From positions 1-59,219 of IMG/VR virus record IMGVR_UViG_3300037465_000542: DNA of 59,219 bases; one strand, given 5' to 3'. Source of the stretch: a virus (Duplodnaviria > Caudoviricetes). Every line of letters begins with the position of its first letter. Positions within the stretch are counted from its first letter, which is position 1. The notes below the pieces were generated by a model. That model had not been told where the DNA came from and searched no databases. It was given only the letters and a program-made list of their open reading frames with translations. Of this stretch, positions 37,175 through 45,665 are shown in pieces. Both the position numbers and the translations under genes were made by a program.

Positions 37175-38128
37175 ATGTTTGGACTAAGCAATCTGCCCAA
37201 GGTTAAGGGCGTACAGGTTGCCACATTCATTGGATACCATCAAGCTGCCGTTGATGCCCGACTAAACAACCAACAGTACACTGTCCCGGCAAACGCCAGA
37301 ATGCTCATGATTATTTGCATCGGGGCAGGTGGCGGAGGTGGCGGTGGGTTCTCGGCAGCTTCGGGCTCGGCGAAAGGGGGCGGTGGTGGCGGCGGGAGTG
37401 GCGCGGCCGCCCGCCTGATCATTCCGGCCTTCTTGCTCCCCAGGACTCTTTACATCTACGTCGCTCAGGGTGGCAATGGAGGTGCTGCCGGGACCGCTGG
37501 CGTCAACGGCGCGCGTTCGTGGGTTGCTGACAAGATGGCAGCCACAAGCACTACGGCGGTTACTGCTGCCGACCTAATTCTCATTTCTGGGGCCGCCTCG
37601 GCAGGTGGAGGGGCGGCAGGAAGTTCTTCTGGGAGCGCGGCGGCAGGTTCGGCAGAGACGATAGCAACCAATGCCCTCTCAGTTTATAGCGGGCTAGGCG
37701 TCTGGACCGCCATTGCCGGCCAGATCGGTGGCACCGGAGGCACTCCTAGTGGACCTGGTGCTGGCTCGTCAGTGACCTTCGGCGGTTCTGGTATCCCCCT
37801 GTCTGGTGGGGCTGGTGGCGGCGCAGCGAGCAGCGGGAATGGAGTCAGCAACGGCGGGGCGATCACCGGGGCTGGGCTGTTGCCCACCATTTCGGGCGGA
37901 ACCGGCGTCGCTGGCGGTCCGGGCGGAAATGGTGGACAAGGGCATCGACTCGTCTCTCCGATGCTTCATACCGGAGGCAGCGGGGGCGGCGGGGCGGCCA
38001 CGGCAAATACCGGAGGAGTTGGCGGCCAAGGGGCTCCGGGATGCGGTGGGGGAGGTGGGGGCGCGGGCGTCACCGGAGGAGCCGGAGGTCGTGGGGGGCC
38101 AGGAATGGTCATCATTGCGAGCTGGTGA
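37175..38128 (+). CDS. Glycine-rich (polyglycine-type) virion protein, paralog 1
   Basis: CIGAGGGGGGG...GGGGGGSG...GGRGGPGMVIIASW. Confidence 0.85.
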   Translation: MFGLSNLPKVKGVQVATFIGYHQAAVDARLNNQQYTVPANARMLMIICIGAGGGGGGGFSAASGSAKGGGGGGGSGAAARLIIPAFLLPRTLYIYVAQGGNGGAAGTAGVNGARSWVADKMAATSTTAVTAADLILISGAASAGGGAAGSSSGSAAAGSAETIATNALSVYSGLGVWTAIAGQIGGTGGTPSGPGAGSSVTFGGSGIPLSGGAGGGAASSGNGVSNGGAITGAGLLPTISGGTGVAGGPGGNGGQGHRLVSPMLHTGGSGGGGAATANTGGVGGQGAPGCGGGGGGAGVTGGAGGRGGPGMVIIASW

Positions 38129-39067
38129 ATGTTCGGTCTGTCTAACTTGCTAAACATGACAGGCGTGCAGGTCGCGTACTTCCGTGGCTTGAGACAGACC
38201 TCAGCGGTGACAGCCACGGGTTGGATTGCTTGGACTCCTCCGAAAAATCACACAATGGCCTACATCCTATGCTGCGGCGGTGGGGGAGGAGGAGGCGGCG
38301 GTCACGGCAATTCGGCCGGGACGGTTCGGGCGGCCGGGGGCGGCGGCGGCTCTGGGGCGATGGCCCGACGGATCTGCATGCTAAAAGACTTGCCACGTCA
38401 ACTGTTTATACTGCCCGGCAATGGCGGCGCTGGCGGCGCGGGAAGCACCGGGGGTGGCGCGGCCGCTCAGGGAGTGTCTGGAGGCCGATCGATTGTCGCT
38501 GACAAGCCAGCGACGTTGGGAACTGCCGCCGACACGATCCTCGTGTCCGGCGCAGCCGCCGCAGCGGGTGGGTTTGCCGGTGACGGGACCGGCCCTGGCT
38601 CATTTGGAGTCGCCGAAACAATAGCCACGAATGCGCTCTCGGCTTACGGGGGGACGGGGCTCTGGACCGCCATTGCCGGCCAGGCAGGGGCGGCAGGAGG
38701 GGCATTGGGGAGCAACGGCAACTCGGTGACATTCGGGGGGTCCGGCTTGCCATTGAGCGGAGGGGCTGGTGGGGCCAGTCTCAACACAGACAACGTAGAG
38801 CGCTCCGGAGGAAGCATCACAGGCGCTGGGTTGGTTCCAACCCTGGCCGGTGGGGCAGGGGGTGGGGGTAATGGCGAATCTGGCCTGGTACTAACTCGTC
38901 AGTTCATAACGACGGGCGGATCGGCGGGGGGCACAAACAACGGAGGCGCGGCCGGCGTCTCAGGCCGTGGTGGTTGGGGAAGCGGCGGTGCTGGGGGGTC
39001 GGGTGGCATCACTGGGGGCACTGGCGGTGATGGTGGCCCAGGATTCGTACTGATCGTAACCTGGTGA
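38129..39067 (+). CDS. Glycine-rich (polyglycine-type) virion protein, paralog 2
   Basis: Colinear with paralog 1: shared MFGLSNL start, AETIATNALS, WTAIAGQ, SVTFGGSG.PLSGGAGG; 23-bp identity at 37701 and 38661. Confidence 0.85.
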   Translation: MFGLSNLLNMTGVQVAYFRGLRQTSAVTATGWIAWTPPKNHTMAYILCCGGGGGGGGGHGNSAGTVRAAGGGGGSGAMARRICMLKDLPRQLFILPGNGGAGGAGSTGGGAAAQGVSGGRSIVADKPATLGTAADTILVSGAAAAAGGFAGDGTGPGSFGVAETIATNALSAYGGTGLWTAIAGQAGAAGGALGSNGNSVTFGGSGLPLSGGAGGASLNTDNVERSGGSITGAGLVPTLAGGAGGGGNGESGLVLTRQFITTGGSAGGTNNGGAAGVSGRGGWGSGGAGGSGGITGGTGGDGGPGFVLIVTW

Positions 39068-39068
39068 T

Positions 39069-40904
39069 ATGCTAGGCCTAGGTGCAATATCCGGCCAGCC
39101 GATCTCCGCTCTGCCGGACACCGGCGCGGCTGGGCCCATCACCCTTGAGGCCCCTACGGCCACTGCTTCTGCCGCTTCCCCAAACACGCAGGGAATTTTA
39201 ATCCCTCTGCCGCCATCGGGAGTCTCGTCCGCAGAAGCCTTGGGGCCGATGGGGGTCACGATTTCGCTGCCGCCATCGGCAGCGGCCAGCGCCACTGCCG
39301 AATCCCCTTTGGCGAACACCGTGACATTTGCGACCGAGGCGGTCTCCTCAGCGTCGGCAGGGGCCCCCATGGGCATCCTGATCCCGCTTCCGGGCGCTTC
39401 AGCCGCTAGTGGAGAAGCGCAATCTCCGCACGGGATCATAACGGCATTGCCTGGAGTGGCCGCTGCACCCTCCGAAGCGCCAGCGCCATCGCCGGTGATC
39501 TCGATCGACGCCCCTGTGGGGGGCTCGAGCGCGAGCGCGCCGTCCCCGCAAGCCAACCTGATCGCCTTGCCTCCGGCTGGGGCGACATCGGCCGCCGTCG
39601 ACGCGCCGATGGGGGTACTCACATCGCTGCCGCCAGCAGCAACTACTGCTGCGACTGTGCCTTCCCCCACCACGGTGACCGCAGTTCTTCCAGAGACTGC
39701 AACCGCAACTGGGTCAGCAGGGGCGCCGATGGGGGTACTCACATCGCTGCCGCCAGCAGCCAATGCGACCGCAGACTCGAGCACCCCATCTCTCATCGTA
39801 TCGATTTCCGTTCCGGTCGCCGCGACCACCGCCACCGCCCCGCAACCTCAGGGTGTCCTAACGATCTTGCCGGCGTCCAGCGGCGCCACCGCCACTGCCG
39901 CAACCCCCCTGGCGAACATCGAAGCCTTGCCAAACGCGGCCTCTGCCGTCGCTGAGGCAAATTCTCCTACGCCAGTTGTCGCAATAGAGGCACCAACGGG
40001 CACAGCCACGGCGTCTGCCCCGCTCGCACAGGGTGTGCTGGTTACTTTGGCGCCGGCGGGGGCATGTGCGGCTGAGGCACCCCCGCCGACGATCGTTGTG
40101 GATGATGGGGGCGATATTGTCGTCTCCGCAAGCACGGCCACTGCGACCGCCGCCTCTGCGAGCCCCGTGGCGATCCTGTTTGCGCAACCCGGCTCCGCTA
40201 CGGCGTCCGCATCTGCCCCGTCGCACGCAGCCAACACGGCCGCGCTGCCAGGGGCGGCCGCGGCCGCCGCAGCCGCACACGCTTCGATTCTGAGGTTGTC
40301 CGTCGATGTCGCCGCAGGGACGGCGTCCGCATCGGCGATGGTCCCGCTCGGCAACCTCGCCGCGCTGCCAGGGGCGGCCGCGGCCGCCGCTGCAGGAGCC
40401 CTCTCGCCACAAGGCAATACAACCGCACTGCCAACAGCATCGCAAGCAACGGCCGTTGCGTGGCAACCAATGGGCAATACCGCCGTGCTGCTTTCGGCTG
40501 GCACAGCAGCAGCGGCTGGTCAGGGCCCGCAGGGGAATCTGATCGCGCTCGCACCAAGTGTCAATGCAGCCGCTGCCGCTCAGCCACCAGACCTTACCGT
40601 TTCGATCTTTGCACCCACGGCAACCGCTTCGGCCCTGACCCAGCAGCCTCAAGGCGATCTGACTGCGCTTTTGGGCACAGCAACAGCTGCCACGATGGCC
40701 CCGGCCCCCCTTCTCTTCATCTGGTTGGGGGCAGTAGAGTCTTTCGTCATCGGTCGCCTCGTTGTAAAATCTAGTGTTGCCGGCGCTTTGACTAGGGACT
40801 CGCAAGTCCAGGGTTATAAGGCCCTGGGGTCCCTTACGAGTCGCCTAGTAAAGGATTCACAGGTTCGAGGTCGAAAGATCAAGGACTCGAAGGTCGTCGT
40901 GTAA
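39069..40904 (+). CDS. Ala/Pro-rich protein with strict 20-aa tandem repeats
   Basis: About 25 repeats such as PMGVLTSLPPAATTAATVPS; N-terminal MLGLGAISGQPISALP; C-terminal DSQVxG repeats. Confidence 0.85.
   Translation: MLGLGAISGQPISALPDTGAAGPITLEAPTATASAASPNTQGILIPLPPSGVSSAEALGPMGVTISLPPSAAASATAESPLANTVTFATEAVSSASAGAPMGILIPLPGASAASGEAQSPHGIITALPGVAAAPSEAPAPSPVISIDAPVGGSSASAPSPQANLIALPPAGATSAAVDAPMGVLTSLPPAATTAATVPSPTTVTAVLPETATATGSAGAPMGVLTSLPPAANATADSSTPSLIVSISVPVAATTATAPQPQGVLTILPASSGATATAATPLANIEALPNAASAVAEANSPTPVVAIEAPTGTATASAPLAQGVLVTLAPAGACAAEAPPPTIVVDDGGDIVVSASTATATAASASPVAILFAQPGSATASASAPSHAANTAALPGAAAAAAAAHASILRLSVDVAAGTASASAMVPLGNLAALPGAAAAAAAGALSPQGNTTALPTASQATAVAWQPMGNTAVLLSAGTAAAAGQGPQGNLIALAPSVNAAAAAQPPDLTVSIFAPTATASALTQQPQGDLTALLGTATAATMAPAPLLFIWLGAVESFVIGRLVVKSSVAGALTRDSQVQGYKALGSLTSRLVKDSQVRGRKIKDSKVVV
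39603..40390 (+). repeat. Exact DNA repeats at 120-nt spacing within the 20-aa repeat gene
   Basis: 38 bp identical at 39603 and 39723; 32 bp identical at 40239 and 40359. Confidence 0.9.
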
Positions 40905-40906
40905 AG

Positions 40907-41287
40907 ATGCATAATCCAGGATGCCTAAAGTCAGTCGACCTAAACTGCGTTTTTGCTGGCAATCAACACACCGTCCACGTCACGGCCCCAGCGGAGCTGG
41001 GGGACATCACGAGTGCCAAGCTCTGGTTTACTCTCCGGCGCGGCAGCGTCTTGGTGTTGCGGCGTCGCAACACCGCGGCGGGGGGAGACGACTCTCAAAT
41101 CCAGCTGATCTTGGCTGGTGGTAGTGGAGTGCCAGGAAAATTTGACGTGAAGTTTCCGACCGGGCTCACGGCAGGGCTTTCAGGGGAGTACGACTACGAG
41201 ATCTATATTGAAATCGCCACTAATGGCTACACGATCGCTCGTGGTCACTGGCCTATTGAGCCTTCAATTATCGATCTTTCTCCTTAA
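40907..41287 (+). CDS. BppU N-terminal-like Ig-fold anchor protein
   Basis: DITSAKLWFTLRR...GKFDVKF...TAGLSGEYDYEI..TIARG pattern. Confidence 0.65.
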   Translation: MHNPGCLKSVDLNCVFAGNQHTVHVTAPAELGDITSAKLWFTLRRGSVLVLRRRNTAAGGDDSQIQLILAGGSGVPGKFDVKFPTGLTAGLSGEYDYEIYIEIATNGYTIARGHWPIEPSIIDLSP

Positions 41288-41297
41288 GGAGCTAGAT

Positions 41298-41723
41298 GTG
41301 GCGCGAGGGCTTGCTATTCCTGTCGGCGTTGATGGCAACGGGCGGGCAAGGGTCGTCTCCGGGGACGATTATATTGAGCAGCTCATTGGAATCGCCCTCT
41401 CTCGAAGAAAGAGCTCCAATCCATTTGAAGCAGAGGGCATTGACAACGCGATCCACTCCCTTGAGGACGACAGGGTTCTGCGGACAAGGATTGGGGCCAG
41501 AGTGGCCGAGCTATTCTCGCGATTAAAGGCGAAGAAGATGGCCCGACTTCTTGGCGACCCGATCTTCTTCTTCGACGACCGCGCATCAAAATTGATGGTC
41601 ATCGTGACGTGGATTAGTCTTGAGACGGAAATCGACAAGGTGCCGACCCGTTCTGGGTCTCGCCGCAGCGCCTATTATGTTGGGGAGGCAGTTCCTGTTG
41701 GGGTCACAGGGGACGGTTGGTGA
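41298..41723 (+). CDS. Baseplate wedge / sheath initiator (gp25/GPW-like)
   Basis: GLAIPVGVDGNGR..VSGDDYIEQLI..L; GTG start with AAGGAG SD; precedes the J-like gene. Confidence 0.75.
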   Translation: MARGLAIPVGVDGNGRARVVSGDDYIEQLIGIALSRRKSSNPFEAEGIDNAIHSLEDDRVLRTRIGARVAELFSRLKAKKMARLLGDPIFFFDDRASKLMVIVTWISLETEIDKVPTRSGSRRSAYYVGEAVPVGVTGDGW

Positions 41724-41729
41724 TGGCAA

Positions 41730-44435
41730 ATGGCACTGACTAAAAAGGTCGTTGCGGATCGGTTCGAATTCTCTGGCAATTATTACTTCGAGATTTTGAA
41801 TGATCTGAAGCGTTACAAGCGCTCTGATATTCCAGAGAGTACCGCCGAGGATGATGAAGACATCTTCGTTCAGTTCCTCAAGGGATTGGCTTGGAATATT
41901 CATCTCGACAGGTGTCTTATTGACGTCGTAGCCAACGAGCGTTTTGTCAAGTCGGCATCGCTCGCCGCGAGCGTCAATGCCCACCTTCAATCTATTGGTC
42001 AGGAGCTTTCGACCGCATCTCCCGCCACGGTAGATCAGATCATCCGGGTAACGCTTCGAAGCTCCGTAGAGCCGGTCACGCTTCTGCGCGCTCTTCGTGA
42101 ATTCTCTACGGAGCCGACCGAAGAAGAGGACACGAGCGCCGTTTCTTTTGAGAACGTCGACGCCTTCGTGATGGAGCAGAGGAACGATCGAGTAGGACAT
42201 GTTTTTGGTTACGACTCAAGCCTCGCGACCTTCTCGGATGTTACAGCGTCGGCACAGAGCGGGGCCGCAGAATTTCAGCCTCTTTCCACATTCGAGGCGG
42301 ACGATAGCTTGTACATTGGGCACAAGTCGCTCATGTTCGATCGGATCGATTTGGTATTGGGCACAAGTGGGCTGGGGGACAATCGTTTCGTAGATACAGT
42401 TTGGGAATATTTCACTGACTATAAAGGTGGGTCTGGGAATCCAACCTTGGTCGAAACGAGTGTTCAAAACTCGGCCGTAGCTGCTGGCGCCATTCGGTTT
42501 GACTTGACCCAACTTCTTGGAACGAACAATCGCAAGAAAACGAAGGTGCGCGTTTTGTGCGCACTCACTGGAGCCTCTGAGGACATAGATACTCAGTTTG
42601 TGGGCGGCGCACCAGCCACCTCCCCGAGCATTGTCTATACCCCTAGCCCGCCTTCTCTGAAAATGTACCTCAACAATCTTCTAGGAACCTCATCGAAGGC
42701 AGGAACGTCGGTTATGGTGACGTTCCGAAACAAAGACCAACAGTCGTACACAGTCCAATGGGATGGCACGAATAATTACATACAGACGTCTGGTTCTGAC
42801 CCGTTGTTCGGGCAAACGGCTCCCCCTTCCACAGTTTCGGCAGACTATTGGGTAAATGTGGGCCCAAATTACGTCGAGACGACACCGTCCATTGGCGGGT
42901 TTTTGGGACAGACGGAGGTGTCCTTGCAGACAGGGCACTACGTCATCTATCCTCAATGGAAGGAGCTTCCCTCGGATCTCTCCGACCCCACAAAGGGGTT
43001 GCGTGAGGGGGCGAGCGACACGAAGAAGATCACATACACTTTGCCGCAAGACGAGGCCTTGAGATGGGAGCGCGCCACCGTCAATGCCATTAATGGGTAC
43101 TATGTGCGCCTACGTCTGATTTCCAAGACGGCGGGTGGGTCTGCTCCGTACCTGAAGCAAGTCAAGATCACCGAAGGTGGGATGTACGGCATCTTTCCGA
43201 TTGTGCAGGGTCGCACTTTCGACGAGATTATTCTGTCGAGCGATGGCCTTCCAGGCCAAAGCGAGGCCCTCAAAAACTTCCCTGTAATAAAAAGCAGCAT
43301 TCGTGTGTTTGTCACGGAAGCCGTTGGCGTGGAGCGAGAATACTCTCAACAACCGCATTTATTTAACTCCGCCCCAGAGGATAGGCATTTTGTGGTCGAG
43401 CTGAGCGAGTTCGGGCAAGCAACGGTAGGCTTTGGGAATGGAGTCACCGGCAAGATCCCAACGGCCGGAATCGATAATGTTCGAGCGAACTACCGACAAA
43501 TCGATGACATAGACGGAAACGTGGCGGCAGGGAAAATCACAGCGGGCATTGCCCTCGCCGGTATTGACAAGACATGGAACCCTAGGGCCGCGTCAGGTTG
43601 GTCCGAGCGAGAGGGGTTCTCGCTCGAGAGTGTCGCGGCAGCGAAGGCCAAATTCCACACGAAGCTTTTCTCTCCCGACGATCGCTACTTGCAACCGGGC
43701 GATGTGATAGATGCGGTCTTGCGCTATACGAGTGCCTCTGGCTCCAAGGTTGCGTCTAGGGCCTTCGCCCGAGAACTTGGGCAAAAGCTGGTTGAGGTCG
43801 TAGCGTTGGCGCCTGGGGGCGGGGCAATGACCCAAGAGGTCATCGATGAGCTGGAGGAGCTTTTCAACGGCAACGAAGCGAAGAAAGTATTCGGCCGCTA
43901 CGTCTCGAATCAAGAAGTGCGAATCACCCCCGCGACCTTGGTTGGCATCAACCTCACAGCTACGGTATATTCGCTCTCCTCGGAGGCTGAGATTCTGGCC
44001 CGGATCATGGCGGCCCTTCAGCCAGAAGCAATAAATGACATCTCGGACGAGGAAGAGGCCTTTCTATGGGCCTTTGGCGAGGGCGTCCCCGCTTCGAAGC
44101 TCATTGAGATTATCATGTCGACGGAGATCAAGGGTCGGAAGGCGTCTCTTGTTGGAACGGGAGTTGGGACTATCTCTGGCACTATTTCCACCAACACGAT
44201 CACGGGGAGCGGAACGACTTTCCTTTCTCAGCTCAACAAGGGAGATCGCATTTATCGAGGGGGTGAGTTCTATACGATTTCGTCGATTGCGAGCAATACT
44301 CTCCTTACGACCGCAAGCCCTCTGCCGTCGACCTTTGCTTCCCAGCCATTCACTTTCGAGCTTGTCGAAGTCCCACTTGCGATCACGGAACTCCCTAAGC
44401 CAGGGACGATTGCGTTGACGGTGCTAGAGCCATAG
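41730..44435 (+). CDS. Baseplate wedge J / gp6-like protein with inserted domains
   Basis: ANERFVKSA, SDGLPGQS, DRHFVV..VGFGNGVTGKIP..NVRANYR, NPRAASG..E, WAFGEGV..SKL. Confidence 0.88.
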   Translation: MALTKKVVADRFEFSGNYYFEILNDLKRYKRSDIPESTAEDDEDIFVQFLKGLAWNIHLDRCLIDVVANERFVKSASLAASVNAHLQSIGQELSTASPATVDQIIRVTLRSSVEPVTLLRALREFSTEPTEEEDTSAVSFENVDAFVMEQRNDRVGHVFGYDSSLATFSDVTASAQSGAAEFQPLSTFEADDSLYIGHKSLMFDRIDLVLGTSGLGDNRFVDTVWEYFTDYKGGSGNPTLVETSVQNSAVAAGAIRFDLTQLLGTNNRKKTKVRVLCALTGASEDIDTQFVGGAPATSPSIVYTPSPPSLKMYLNNLLGTSSKAGTSVMVTFRNKDQQSYTVQWDGTNNYIQTSGSDPLFGQTAPPSTVSADYWVNVGPNYVETTPSIGGFLGQTEVSLQTGHYVIYPQWKELPSDLSDPTKGLREGASDTKKITYTLPQDEALRWERATVNAINGYYVRLRLISKTAGGSAPYLKQVKITEGGMYGIFPIVQGRTFDEIILSSDGLPGQSEALKNFPVIKSSIRVFVTEAVGVEREYSQQPHLFNSAPEDRHFVVELSEFGQATVGFGNGVTGKIPTAGIDNVRANYRQIDDIDGNVAAGKITAGIALAGIDKTWNPRAASGWSEREGFSLESVAAAKAKFHTKLFSPDDRYLQPGDVIDAVLRYTSASGSKVASRAFARELGQKLVEVVALAPGGGAMTQEVIDELEELFNGNEAKKVFGRYVSNQEVRITPATLVGINLTATVYSLSSEAEILARIMAALQPEAINDISDEEEAFLWAFGEGVPASKLIEIIMSTEIKGRKASLVGTGVGTISGTISTNTITGSGTTFLSQLNKGDRIYRGGEFYTISSIASNTLLTTASPLPSTFASQPFTFELVEVPLAITELPKPGTIALTVLEP

Positions 44436-44436
44436 C

Positions 44437-45651
44437 ATGGCCAAAGAACTCTACAACACCCTCTTCGAGAGCATTCGGACTGCAGACCAGATCCTGGGAG
44501 GTCAGTTTATCGAGCGGTTCTTTTCTCGTCCTGAATTTTGGATTCAGGACACCAGACGCCTCATCAAGGAGGAGCTTCAAAAGATCGACTCCGTCCTGAC
44601 ATGCCCAGACAATTTGGTCCGGTACTTTGCGACTCAGGTGGGCATGACCAGAAAGCTAGAGAAGAAGCTGCTGCAGGGGCGAGACACGAAGAGTCAGCGT
44701 CGGGCGATTCTGTCCATGATCCCCCTCTTGCGACAGCGCGGGACGCCGCGCGGCATGGTAGGCTCCTTCTTTACGTACGCTGGCAGGGAAACCACATACC
44801 GTTCGTGGTTTGACCTGATCGTCAACTTGGCCGAGTCACAACTTGGACAGGACTTCTTCGTCATCGGAAGTTCAGACACGCAGCTTGACGAGTACGTGTC
44901 GGAGCTTCGACTGATGGACGATGGAAGCTTGGACGAAGACCAACTCATAGAGCTCGTGAAGCTTCACCGCCCCTCAAATGAGGTCCTTCGTGTCAAGCTT
45001 CTGGACTTTTACGATGAATTCTCGGCAGAAACTGCAAGCCTGAGCAGGTGGAGATCGTACGCAGCCACATCGGCAAGCTTCGCCGACCTGATCATGACCA
45101 TTCCGCCTGGGGCTCATGAAGACCCTATCGTCCCCATCAAGCCTTGGACCTCCTTCTCAAAGACTATACTTTTCCTGAAGTTCTGCCTCCAGGAGGCAGG
45201 GGACTCGATTACGATCTGGGACTGTCGAGACACGGACTCGACTCCCGGCAGTGAGGCCACCGCCGGTGCCGAAATCAAGGTTTTTTGCGACCCCGCTGGG
45301 ACCGGCACCACAGCGTCCATTAAGCCCAGGCCAACGGCCGGGACCACGACCCTCCCCAGCTCGAGCGCGCCCTTCCTCATTCAACCCAACGCTTGGTACA
45401 ACGCGACGGTCTTGATGCAGACCGAGCTTTCTGGTGCAATCTCGTTCGACCTTCGAATCAACCACAACCCATTCCTCAAAGTGACTGACGGCGGGGCAAC
45501 TTACTTCGCCGGCAAGTTCGCGCTCTCCGCCAACGTTGCCAACACAAAAGGTGTGAAGGTGGACTCCGTGATATACTCACGCCTCCCAGCTCGCGTGGCA
45601 AGGATCGACAGGAATGGAGTCAGCGCAAGTGAGACATTCTTCACTGAATAG
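44437..45651 (+). CDS. Baseplate wedge I-like protein
   Basis: TCPDNLVRYFATQVG...RRAILSMIPLLRQRGTPRG..LVKLHRP. Confidence 0.82.
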   Translation: MAKELYNTLFESIRTADQILGGQFIERFFSRPEFWIQDTRRLIKEELQKIDSVLTCPDNLVRYFATQVGMTRKLEKKLLQGRDTKSQRRAILSMIPLLRQRGTPRGMVGSFFTYAGRETTYRSWFDLIVNLAESQLGQDFFVIGSSDTQLDEYVSELRLMDDGSLDEDQLIELVKLHRPSNEVLRVKLLDFYDEFSAETASLSRWRSYAATSASFADLIMTIPPGAHEDPIVPIKPWTSFSKTILFLKFCLQEAGDSITIWDCRDTDSTPGSEATAGAEIKVFCDPAGTGTTASIKPRPTAGTTTLPSSSAPFLIQPNAWYNATVLMQTELSGAISFDLRINHNPFLKVTDGGATYFAGKFALSANVANTKGVKVDSVIYSRLPARVARIDRNGVSASETFFTE

Positions 45652-45665
45652 GAAGTGAGACAAAA

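Noticed and set aside
39603-40390. CRISPR-like array (32-38 bp repeats)
   Set aside because: Only pairs of repeats, in frame within a repeat protein, with no cas genes.
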